Assembly: GCA_963751665.1 (NCBI GenBank)
Contig: CAVVVF010000003.1
Location: 105,349 to 169,348 of the forward strand
Origin: an uncultured Actinomycetes bacterium
Lineage (GTDB): Bacteria; Actinomycetota; UBA4738; HRBIN12
Length of the DNA stretch: 64,000 nucleotides
Direction of reading: 5' to 3'
Of the stretch, positions 40,460-48,471 are shown one piece after another. A program made the translations under genes and the position numbers. How positions within the stretch are numbered: position 1 is the first letter of the stretch; every line of letters starts with the position of its first letter. Under the pieces are notes generated by a model. That model saw nothing but the letters and a program-made list of their open reading frames with translations. It ran no database searches and was not told the DNA's origin.

Positions 40460-41732
40460 GCGAGCCGTGGCAACCCGGACCGGCCATCACCCGCACCGGC
40501 ACAGGCTCCGGGGGTTCGGGTACTTCAGCCGGCTGGGGCCCGGGCTGGTGACGGGTGCCTCCGACGACGATCCATCCGGCATCGGCACCTATTCCCAGGC
40601 CGGGGCGGCCTTCGGCTTCGGATTGCTGTGGACGGCCTGGATCACGCTCCCGCTCGCCGCCGCCGTCCAAGAGGTGGCCGGCCGCCTGGGACTGGTGTCG
40701 GGACATGGGCTCGCGGCCCTCATCAAGATGCGGTTCCCGCGGTGGGTGCTGTTCGGGGCCGTCGCGCTGGTCGCCGTGGCCAACGGCTTCAACATCGGCG
40801 CGGACCTGGGGTCCATGGCGGCGTCTGTCCGGCTGCTGGTCCCGGTCCCCCAGGCCCTCCTGCTGGTCGCGATGGCCGGCCTGATGGTCGGGCTGGAGAT
40901 CTTCATCCCCTACGAGCGATACGCGAAGGTGCTCCGCTGGCTCACGCTCTCGCTGGTGTCGTACATCGCGGTGCTCTTCGTGATCGACGTGAACTGGGGA
41001 AGCGTCCTTCGCCAGACCTTCATCCCGAGGATCTCCTGGAACCGCTCCGAGATCGCCATGCTCATCGCCATCCTCGGCACGACCATCTCTCCCTATCTGT
41101 TCTTCTGGCAAGCGAGCGAGGAGGTCGAGGAGAAGCAGCTCGAGAAGAAGCACGCGGTCGATCGCGAGCACCTCTCGCTGATGCGGGCCGACGTGCTGGC
41201 CGGGATGGCCTCGGCCGTGCTCGTGATGTTCGCCATCATGGTGGCCTCCGCCGCGACCCTGGGGAAGCACGGCGTGACCACGGTTCAGACCGCCCAGCAG
41301 GCGGCGGAAGCCCTCAGGCCCATCGCCGGAAGGCTGGCCAGCCTGCTGTTCACGTTGGGGATCGTGGGGACCGGCGCGTTGGCCGTCCCCGTCCTGGCCG
41401 GTTCCTCGGCCTACGCCCTATCCGAGGCCTTCGGGTGGGATGAGGGCCTGGGCAAGAAGTTCCGCGGGGCCCGCAAGTTCTACCTGGTGATCGGCGGGGC
41501 CATGCTCGTCGGCCTGGCCCTCAACTTCGTCGGCATCGACCCCATCCGGGCCCTGTACTTCGCCGCCATCCTGAACGGCGTCGCCGCTCCCCCGCTGATC
41601 CTGCTGATGTTGATCCTGTCGAACCACCAGCCGACGTGCGGCCGGTGGACCGCCAGGCGATGGTCCAACGCGCTGGTCGGCGTGGCGTTGGTGCTGATGA
41701 CCGCCCTTCCCCTCGCCTACCTGGTCTCCTAG
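40458..41732 (+). CDS. mntH: NRAMP-family divalent metal transporter
   Basis: ATG 40458 inside ORF 40383..41732. Motifs LGPGLVTGASDDDPSGIGTYSQAGAAFGFGLLW and TISPYLFFWQASEE; about 11 TM helices. Confidence 0.82.
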   Translation: MRAVATRTGHHPHRHRLRGFGYFSRLGPGLVTGASDDDPSGIGTYSQAGAAFGFGLLWTAWITLPLAAAVQEVAGRLGLVSGHGLAALIKMRFPRWVLFGAVALVAVANGFNIGADLGSMAASVRLLVPVPQALLLVAMAGLMVGLEIFIPYERYAKVLRWLTLSLVSYIAVLFVIDVNWGSVLRQTFIPRISWNRSEIAMLIAILGTTISPYLFFWQASEEVEEKQLEKKHAVDREHLSLMRADVLAGMASAVLVMFAIMVASAATLGKHGVTTVQTAQQAAEALRPIAGRLASLLFTLGIVGTGALAVPVLAGSSAYALSEAFGWDEGLGKKFRGARKFYLVIGGAMLVGLALNFVGIDPIRALYFAAILNGVAAPPLILLMLILSNHQPTCGRWTARRWSNALVGVALVLMTALPLAYLVS

Positions 41733-42174
41733 GCGACCAGGGTGACCGGGATGTCCACCACGTTGATGGGCTTGCCGTCCTTCGCGCTCGACTCGTACAC
41801 GCGGATCGTGCCGGGCTGTGTGGTGTCGACGGTGAACGGGACGGCCTTGTTGAAGGTTCCTCGGCACCCCGTTCCGCAGGTCGCGGTGGTGAAGGTCCGG
41901 ACGATCTCGTTTCCGGCCGCGTCCAGGATGCTGATGCTGACCGTGGCCTCGAACACGTCGGCGTTCCCCCGGATCCTGACGGGGCTCGAGACCTGGTCGC
42001 CGGGCCGAGGGCTCGTCACCACGATGGCGGGTTCCGGCGTCGGTGACCCGGAGGTCGTGGGCGAGGGCGAGGCGGTCGCCGTGGGACTCGGCGCCGGTCT
42101 CGGGATCCGGACGAGCATGCCACCAGGGCCGCGGCGAGGAGGAGCGGCGCGACGAGCAAGGAACGGAGCCTCAT
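41729..42174 (-). CDS. Gmad2 Ig-like domain lipoprotein; 1 frameshift as given
   Basis: ATG 42174 gives the lipobox signal MRLRSLLVAPLLLAAALVAC (tail of ORF 42016..42708). After a shift near 42100, ORF 41729..42274 gives a Pro/Ser/Thr linker and VSSPVRIRGNADVFEATVSISILDAAGNEI...GTIRVYESSAKDG. Confidence 0.65.
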
Positions 42175-42254
42175 GTGCTCGTTCGGGACGCCGGGTTGAC
42201 CTGGAAAGGTTCCAGCCGGTATCAGTGACGGGCCATCTGACGCCTGGAGGCTCG

Positions 42255-43561
42255 GTGACCGATCGCACGACCATCGTGTTCTTTCCCCGAGGGGGCCTTC
42301 GGGCCGACCAACAACTGCGTCGGGATCGGCGACGTCCTGACGGCCCGGGGCCACCGGGTCGTGTTCGTCGTCGAGGAGTCCTTCGCCGGGACGCTGGAGG
42401 CCAAGGGGTTCGAGGAGGGCCTCATGCGGCTGCAGCCGCCGCCCGAGGTCGAGGAGGTGCCCGGGCAGTTCTGGAAGGACTTCATCCGCGACACCGCGCC
42501 GGTGTTCCGCAAGCCGACCATCGAGCAGCTCGAGACGTTCCTCGAAGCCGACCTGGCAGGCGCTGATCGACGGCGCGAGGTACGTCAACGAGCGCCTGGC
42601 CGAGATCTTCGACGAGCTTCGGCCCGACGCGATCGTCGAGGACAACGTCGTGGCGTTCCCCGCCATCCCCGCGTCCGGGCGGCCCTGGGTGCGCATCGCG
42701 TCGTGCAACCCGCTCGAGTTGAAGGACCCCGGCGTTCCGCCCGTGTTCTCCGGCTATCCGGCGGAGGACCCGAGCGCGTGGGACGCGTTCTGGGCCGAAT
42801 ACGACCGGGTCCTGGGGCCGCAGGTGGCCGAGTTCGACGCCTGGCTCCAGGACCACGGCGCGCCCGGCCTCCCCGGCCCTCGCGACTATCTGTGGGAGTC
42901 GCCCTACCTCAACCTGTACGTCTACCCGCAGGAGGCCGACTACCGAAGGAGGCGGCCACTCCCGCCAACCGCCCATCGCCTCGAGGCCTCGGTGCGGGCG
43001 AGCGACGAGACGTACCAGGAACACGACCGGCTCGGCCGCCGCGGCGGGCTGGTCTACCTGTCGCTCGGATCGCTCGGCTCGGCCGACGTCGAGCTGATGC
43101 GGCGGCTCGTGGACGTCTTGGCCAAGACCCCCCACCGGTTCATCGTCAGCAAGGGGCCGCAGCACGAGCTGATCACGCTGGCGGACAACATGGTCGGGGC
43201 CGAGTTCCTGCCGCAGCCGGCCATCCTTCCCCAGGTCGACCTGGTCATCACCCACGGCGGGAACAACACCGTCACCGAGTCCTGGTACTTCGGCAAGCCG
43301 ATGATCGTCCTTCCGCTGTTCTGGGACCAATACGACAACGCGCAGCGGGTGGACGAGCTCGGGCTTGGCGTTCGCCTGTCGACCTACGAGTTCGAGGACG
43401 AGGCGCTCACCGGCGCCATCGACCGGCTGCTCGCGAACGAGTGGTTGACCTCGGAGCTGTCCCGCATCTCGGCCAGGCTCCGGAGCACCCCGGGAACGGT
43501 GAGGGCTGCGGATCTGATCGAGGGTCTGGCGCGGACGGGGGAGCCGGTCACCGAGGTCTAG
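42255..43561 (+). CDS. GT1 (MGT / UDP-glycosyltransferase-like) glycosyltransferase; 2 frameshifts as given
   Basis: GTG 42255 after GGAGG. TIVFFPEGAFGPTNNCVGIGDVLTARGH can be read once an extra C near 42284 is removed. The gene runs through ORF 42361.., then ORF 42650..43561 after a shift near 42548. Donor-site signature ITHGGNNTVTESWYFGKPMIVLPLFWDQYDNAQRV. Confidence 0.75.
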
Positions 43562-43570
43562 GACAGGCCC

Positions 43571-44152
43571 TCAGCCGTTCTTGCCCTTCCCGTCGAAATG
43601 GCCCTTGGCCTTGCCGTTGTTGTCCTTGTCGCCGGTGCCGGTCGAGCCGGAGCCGCCGGAGCCGCTTCCGCCCGATCCGGTGCCGCCCGATCCGGTGCCG
43701 CCCGACCCCGCGGACCCCCCCGAACCGGCCGACCCGCCTCCCCCCGACCCTGAGGTCCCACCAGGCCCTCCCGGCCCCCCGGCGTGGGAAGCTTCGCCGC
43801 CACCCTTCACGGCGCTCCCCGACCGGTGGAGCAGGGCGTTCACCAGTTCGGGGGCCTGCGGGTTCTCCTTGCACTTCGCCAGGACCCGGGCGATGGCGTG
43901 GGAGAGGCCGTGGTCCCCATTTTGTGCCAGGGCCGTGATGGCCTCGGCGCATTCATGAGGCTCACCGGCGCCACCCGAGCCCGCCGCCCCGCCTTCATCG
44001 CCCGATGCCACAGGGCCGGCCACCACCGGCGGGCTGGCCGAGGGAACAACACCGTTCGGCCCGGAGGGGCTGGCCACCGCCAGGCTGGCTCCGATGAGCA
44101 CGCCGAGGACGAGCATGGCTGGAAGGGCTCCACGGTTGGCGTGCTTGAACAT
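43571..44152 (-). CDS. Secreted Gly/Ser-rich hypothetical protein
   Basis: Track ORF, 193 aa. Signal peptide MFKHANRGALPAMLVLGVLIGASLAVA, a central two-Cys helical segment, and a C-terminal (G/S/T)n tract. Confidence 0.6.
   Translation of the reverse strand: MFKHANRGALPAMLVLGVLIGASLAVASPSGPNGVVPSASPPVVAGPVASGDEGGAAGSGGAGEPHECAEAITALAQNGDHGLSHAIARVLAKCKENPQAPELVNALLHRSGSAVKGGGEASHAGGPGGPGGTSGSGGGGSAGSGGSAGSGGTGSGGTGSGGSGSGGSGSTGTGDKDNNGKAKGHFDGKGKNG
43631..43785. repeat. Low-complexity coding repeat (Gly/Ser/Thr tract), including an exact 15-nt tandem duplication
   Basis: GCCCGATCCGGTGCC at 43670..43684 is repeated at 43685..43699, within a GGN/AGC-type tract. It encodes the GSGGTGSGG tail of the 43571..44152 gene. 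Confidence 0.6.
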
Positions 44153-44212
44153 CTGTATTGGTTGTCGGCTGGGAGCCCTGTATTTCTGGAGTGGCGGTCT
44201 AGACAGAAATGG

Positions 44213-46501
44213 CTAGCCGGCCCGGCCGGACGCCCCCCGGATGGCCCTCCACACCCGCTCGGGCGAACAGGGCATGTCGATGTGGCGCACCCCGAGAGGC
44301 GACAGGGCGTCCACCACAGCGTTCTGGACGGCGGGGGTCGAGCCGACGGTGGCCGCCTCGCCGATGCCCTTGGCCCCCAGCGGGTTCAGCGGGGTGGGGG
44401 TCTCGGTATGAGAGGAGACGAACCCGGGAAGCTCGGCCGCGCCCGGCATCAGGTAGGAGGTGAGGTTGGATGTGAGCGGCGTCCCGAGCTCGTCGAACTC
44501 GACGGACTCGTACAGGGCCTGGGCGATCCCCTGGGCCAGGCCGCCGTGCACCTGCCCCTCCACGAGCAGGGGATTCAGGATGCGGCCGCAGTCGTCGACC
44601 GCCACGTGACGCACGGGACGAACCTCTCCCGTCTCCATGTCCACCTCGACCACGGCCACATGGGCCCCGAAGGGGAACGTGGAGTCCTTCTGCTTGAACT
44701 TGACCGACGCTGAGAGCCCGGGTTCCAAGCCCTCGGGGAGGCGCGGGGACTCGGTGGCCGCCGTGGCCAGCTCCCCCCAGGTGAGCGCGCGGTCAGGTGC
44801 GCCGGCGACGCCGATCCGGCCGTCGTCGTGGTGCACGATGTCAGCCTCGGCCACCTCCAGGAGGTGCGCGGCGATGCGCCTGGCCTTCTCCAGGACGGCC
44901 TGGCTCGCGTTCCACACGGCCGATCCTCCGATCTGAAGCGACCGCGACCCGTACGTGCCCTCGCCGCTCGGGACGAGCCCGGTGTCGGAGTGGATCACCC
45001 GGACGCGGCCCATCGGGATGCCCAGGATGGCCGAGACGATCTGCGCGAACGACGTCTCGTGGCCCTGCCCGTGAGGGGAGATGCCGGTCAGCACGGTGGC
45101 CGAGCCGTCCGGGCTCACCTCGACCGAGCCGAACTCGCGGGCGAACCCGGTGATCTCCACGTACGTGCTGAGGCCGATCCCCAGCTGGACCCGATCCCCC
45201 CGAGCGCGCCGCTCAGCCTGCTCCTCGCGCAATCGCTCGTAACCGCTCAGGCGGAGGGCCTCGTCGAGCGCCCGCTCGTAGTCGCCGACGTCGTAGGTGG
45301 TGCCGACGGCGGTGTCGTAGGGGAACGCGTCAGGCGGGATCAGGTTGCGGCGCCGGATCTCGGCGGGGTCCATCTCGAGCTCGGCGGCCAGGAGGTCCAT
45401 GCTCCGCTCGAGGAGGGCCGTGGCCTCGGGCCGGCCGGCTCCCCGGTACGGCGCCACCGGCGTCGTGTTGGTCACCACCGACCGTCCCCGGCACGCGATC
45501 CTGGGGATGCGGTACACCCCGGACAGCATCATCTGCGTGGTCGGAGGGAGGTAGGTGGCCGTGGGGTAGGCCCCCATGTCGGCCAGGATGTCCACGCGGA
45601 GGCCGACGATGGTCCCGTCGCTTCTCGCGCCGAGCTCGACGTCGTGGAGCTGAGCCCGGCCGTGCGTCATGTTCACCATGCTCTCCGAGCGGGTCTCCAT
45701 CCACCGCACCGGCCGGCCGATGCGAACGGCGGCGGCCGCGCAGACCAGGTACTCCGGATAGACCGCCAGCTTCGCCCCGAAGCCGCCGCCGACGTCGGGT
45801 GCGATGACGCGGATGCGGTCCTTTGCCATGCCGAGCCATTCCGCCAGGTCGCTCCGGACGTCGAAGGGCACCTGGGTGGAGACCCACACGGTCAGCCCGC
45901 CATCCTCCTCGGGCACGACGAGGATGGCGTTCGCCTCCATGGGGACCGGCGCGACGCGCTGGTTCATCATGCGGGCCCGGACCACGACGTCGGCCCCCGC
46001 CAGGACGTCGGCATCCCACTCGGTCTCGAACGCGTCGGCCAGGTTCGATCCCGCGTCCGGGAAGAGGAGCGGCGCGCCGGCCGCAAGGGCGGCCTCGGCT
46101 CCCACCACCGCCGGGAGCTGGTCGTACTCCACCTCAACGCTCTCCGCGGCATCTTGAGCCTGCCCCAGCGACTCGGCGAGGACCACGGCGATGGCCTCGC
46201 CGACGAACCGAACCGTGTCCCGAGCCAGCACCGGGCGCTCGAACGGGCCGCTCACGCTGCCCGACGGGGGCTGGGGCGGGAGGTCGAGGTCGTCGGCGGC
46301 CAACACGGCGGCGACCCCCGGCATGCCGGCCGCCGCCGAGACACCCACCCCCACCAGCCGGGCATGGGCCATCATGGATCGGACGAACGACGCTCGGAGT
46401 GCCCCCTCGGCGTCCACGTTCTCCGTGTAGCGGCCCCGGCCGCGAAGGAACCGAGGGTCTTCGGTGCGGAGGACGACGCTGCCGAAGATAGAGGTGGACA
46501 T
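44213..46501 (-). CDS. Molybdopterin-binding large subunit of the xanthine dehydrogenase / CoxL family
   Basis: ATG 46501 (MSTSIFGSVVLRTEDPRFLRGRGRY) inside ORF 44213..47707, 762 aa. Motifs GGGFGAK, TPVAPYRGAGRPEA, GQGHETSFAQ, GLAQGIAQALYE. No adjacent 2Fe-2S or FAD subunit genes. Confidence 0.85.
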   Translation of the reverse strand: MSTSIFGSVVLRTEDPRFLRGRGRYTENVDAEGALRASFVRSMMAHARLVGVGVSAAAGMPGVAAVLAADDLDLPPQPPSGSVSGPFERPVLARDTVRFVGEAIAVVLAESLGQAQDAAESVEVEYDQLPAVVGAEAALAAGAPLLFPDAGSNLADAFETEWDADVLAGADVVVRARMMNQRVAPVPMEANAILVVPEEDGGLTVWVSTQVPFDVRSDLAEWLGMAKDRIRVIAPDVGGGFGAKLAVYPEYLVCAAAAVRIGRPVRWMETRSESMVNMTHGRAQLHDVELGARSDGTIVGLRVDILADMGAYPTATYLPPTTQMMLSGVYRIPRIACRGRSVVTNTTPVAPYRGAGRPEATALLERSMDLLAAELEMDPAEIRRRNLIPPDAFPYDTAVGTTYDVGDYERALDEALRLSGYERLREEQAERRARGDRVQLGIGLSTYVEITGFAREFGSVEVSPDGSATVLTGISPHGQGHETSFAQIVSAILGIPMGRVRVIHSDTGLVPSGEGTYGSRSLQIGGSAVWNASQAVLEKARRIAAHLLEVAEADIVHHDDGRIGVAGAPDRALTWGELATAATESPRLPEGLEPGLSASVKFKQKDSTFPFGAHVAVVEVDMETGEVRPVRHVAVDDCGRILNPLLVEGQVHGGLAQGIAQALYESVEFDELGTPLTSNLTSYLMPGAAELPGFVSSHTETPTPLNPLGAKGIGEAATVGSTPAVQNAVVDALSPLGVRHIDMPCSPERVWRAIRGASGRAG

Positions 46502-46528
46502 GCCGGCCCATGCTAGAGGAGGCGGACG

Positions 46529-47638
46529 ATGAGGCAATGGACGCCCGGGTGGGGATGGATCCGGCTCGCAGCGGCGGCGGCGCTGTCGGCGGCCCTCATC
46601 GGGTCGCCGACAGCGCCCGCCCTGGCCGCGCCGGCCATCCGGGCCAAGCTCGTGGTGGGGAGCCTGAACGTGCCGACCGCGTTCACGTTCGGGCCGGGGA
46701 ACAGGATCTGGTACGTGGAGAAGGCCACCGGCCAGATCCGGATCCACGACCTCGGCACGGGGTCCGACTCGCTGTTCGACACGGTGCCCGGCGTGAACGC
46801 CGACGGCGAGCGGGGGATGCTCGGCATCGCCCTCGACCCGGGATACCCGACCGACCCGTACGTCTACGTCTACTCCACCCGGTCGGTCTCCGGCGCCCTC
46901 AGCAACCAGATCCTCCGGCTGACCGATTCGAGCGGGACGGGAACCAACCGGACCGTGATCTTCAGCGCGGCGGCCTCCGCCAGCCCGTATCACAACGGGG
47001 GGCGGATCCTGTTCGGTCCCGACGGGATGCTCTATGCGATCGTGGGCGAGGGCCACGATCCATCCAACGCCCAGGACACGACGCAGAACGACCGAGGGAA
47101 GATCCTGCGGATGACGCCGTCGGGCGGCGTTCCCTCGGACAACCCCATCGCCAACAGCCGGATCTTCGCCTACGGCATCCGGAACTCCTTCGGCTTCGCG
47201 TTCGACCCCCAGAAGGATCGGCTGTGGGAGACGGAGAACGGTCCCTCGTGCAACGACGAGCTCAACCTGATCCGCAAGGGCGCGAACTACGGCTGGGGTC
47301 CCAATGAGACGTGCAGTGGGACGGCGCCGGGCAACACGAACCAGGACGGCCCGAACGCGGTCATGCCGAAGCGGTGGTACACGCCGACGATCGCCCCGAC
47401 GGGCATCGCGTTCTGCCAGGCCTGCGGCCTCGGCTCGAGGAACAGCGGCAGGCTGTTCTTCGGCGCGTACAACACGGGCGCGATCAGAGCCGTCACGCTG
47501 AACGCGAATCGAACCGGCGTGACCGGGCAGAGGATCGCGTACACGCATCCATCCGGCGTCCTGTCGATGGAGGTCGGGCCGAACGGGGTCCTGTATTTCA
47601 GCGACTCCGGCGGGATCTACAAGCTCGTGCGGTCCTGA
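46529..47638 (+). CDS. Secreted PQQ-dependent sugar (glucose/sorbosone) dehydrogenase-like beta-propeller
   Basis: Track ORF, 369 aa. Signal peptide ending ALAAPA. Motifs GMLGIALDPGYP, YHNGGRILFGPDGMLYAIVGEG, GKILRM, YGIRNSFGFAFDP. Confidence 0.8.
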   Translation: MRQWTPGWGWIRLAAAAALSAALIGSPTAPALAAPAIRAKLVVGSLNVPTAFTFGPGNRIWYVEKATGQIRIHDLGTGSDSLFDTVPGVNADGERGMLGIALDPGYPTDPYVYVYSTRSVSGALSNQILRLTDSSGTGTNRTVIFSAAASASPYHNGGRILFGPDGMLYAIVGEGHDPSNAQDTTQNDRGKILRMTPSGGVPSDNPIANSRIFAYGIRNSFGFAFDPQKDRLWETENGPSCNDELNLIRKGANYGWGPNETCSGTAPGNTNQDGPNAVMPKRWYTPTIAPTGIAFCQACGLGSRNSGRLFFGAYNTGAIRAVTLNANRTGVTGQRIAYTHPSGVLSMEVGPNGVLYFSDSGGIYKLVRS

Positions 47639-47734
47639 CTCTTCGGGAGGAGGCCCTTTCCCCTCACCGCGGCCGGCGGTACGCTGGGACGGAGGGACGC
47701 TGGCCACCGCCGGCTCCCTGAGGAGCGTGGACGC

Positions 47735-47896
47735 GTGAACATCGGACGGCCCAAGCGGGTCTTCGAGGTGGAGCCGGTTACGGTGCCGATCCCCGAGGTG
47801 CTACCGGAGCCGGAGCCCGTCCCGGAGCCGGAAGCCGTTCCGATCCCCGAGGCGGAACCCGTCCCCGCAGCCGAGCCCGCCGCGCCCTCGCCGTGA
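47735..47896 (+). CDS. 53-aa Pro/Glu-rich small ORF (VNIGRPKRVFEVEPVTVPIPEVLPEPEPVPEPEAVPIPEAEPVPAAEPAAPSP)
   Basis: GTG 47735, 9 nt after GAGGAG. Stop TGA 47894..47896 overlaps the GTG of the next gene (GTGA). Below the track length cutoff. Confidence 0.35.
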   Translation: MNIGRPKRVFEVEPVTVPIPEVLPEPEPVPEPEAVPIPEAEPVPAAEPAAPSP

Positions 47897-48471
47897 GCCA
47901 GGCGCTTCTCGAGGCCGGGATCCGGCCCGAGGGCCACACCCTCTCCGAACCGATCATGGGCTGGCGCGTCTGGACGCTTCATTCCAACCTTCGCCACACC
48001 GAGCTTCGGATGCGGCCCATCGCGGGGAACGCCGCGCCGTGGCCGCCAAAGGAGCCGGCCCGCGCCAGCTGCACCCGCCGGCGTTGGCACCGGGTTCCCG
48101 AGCTGGCCTGCACCTGCGGGCTCCATGCCACCCGGGACGCTGAACTGTTGCATAGGGCCAGGAATCCCGCGGTCGTGGGCACGGTGGCCCTGTGGGGACG
48201 GGTGGTCGAGCACGAGCTCGGGTATCGGGGCCAGTTCGCGTACCCACAGCGCCTGATGCTCGTCTGCTACCTCTGCTTCTGGCTGTGGGGTCCGGGCCGA
48301 TCGGCTCCGCAGGAGGTCGTGGGGCTCCGGGGGGGCCGGCTCGTGCCGCTGTGCGAAGAGCACGTCGAGTTGTCGCGGCGGTACGGCTACCCTTCGCGGC
48401 GACTCGCTGGGGCGGACGAGGTGGAAGGCGCCCTCCTGTCCACGTACGCCGTCGACGTGTTGCGGATCTAG
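47893..48471 (+). CDS. Cys/His-rich hypothetical protein (192 aa)
   Basis: Track ORF. GWRVWTL..., ASCTRRRWHRVPELACTCGLHA, VALWGRVVEHELGYRG, VCYLC...PLCEEH. The CxC, CxxC and CxxH spacing suggests metal sites. No family recognised. Confidence 0.6.
   Translation: MSQALLEAGIRPEGHTLSEPIMGWRVWTLHSNLRHTELRMRPIAGNAAPWPPKEPARASCTRRRWHRVPELACTCGLHATRDAELLHRARNPAVVGTVALWGRVVEHELGYRGQFAYPQRLMLVCYLCFWLWGPGRSAPQEVVGLRGGRLVPLCEEHVELSRRYGYPSRRLAGADEVEGALLSTYAVDVLRI

Noticed and set aside
46502-47707. 402-codon N-terminal extension of the CoxL-like ORF (track ORF 44213..47707)
   Set aside because: This part is antisense to the well-supported PQQ dehydrogenase gene and has shadow-ORF composition. The conserved protein starts at MSTSIFGSVVLRTEDPRF (46501).
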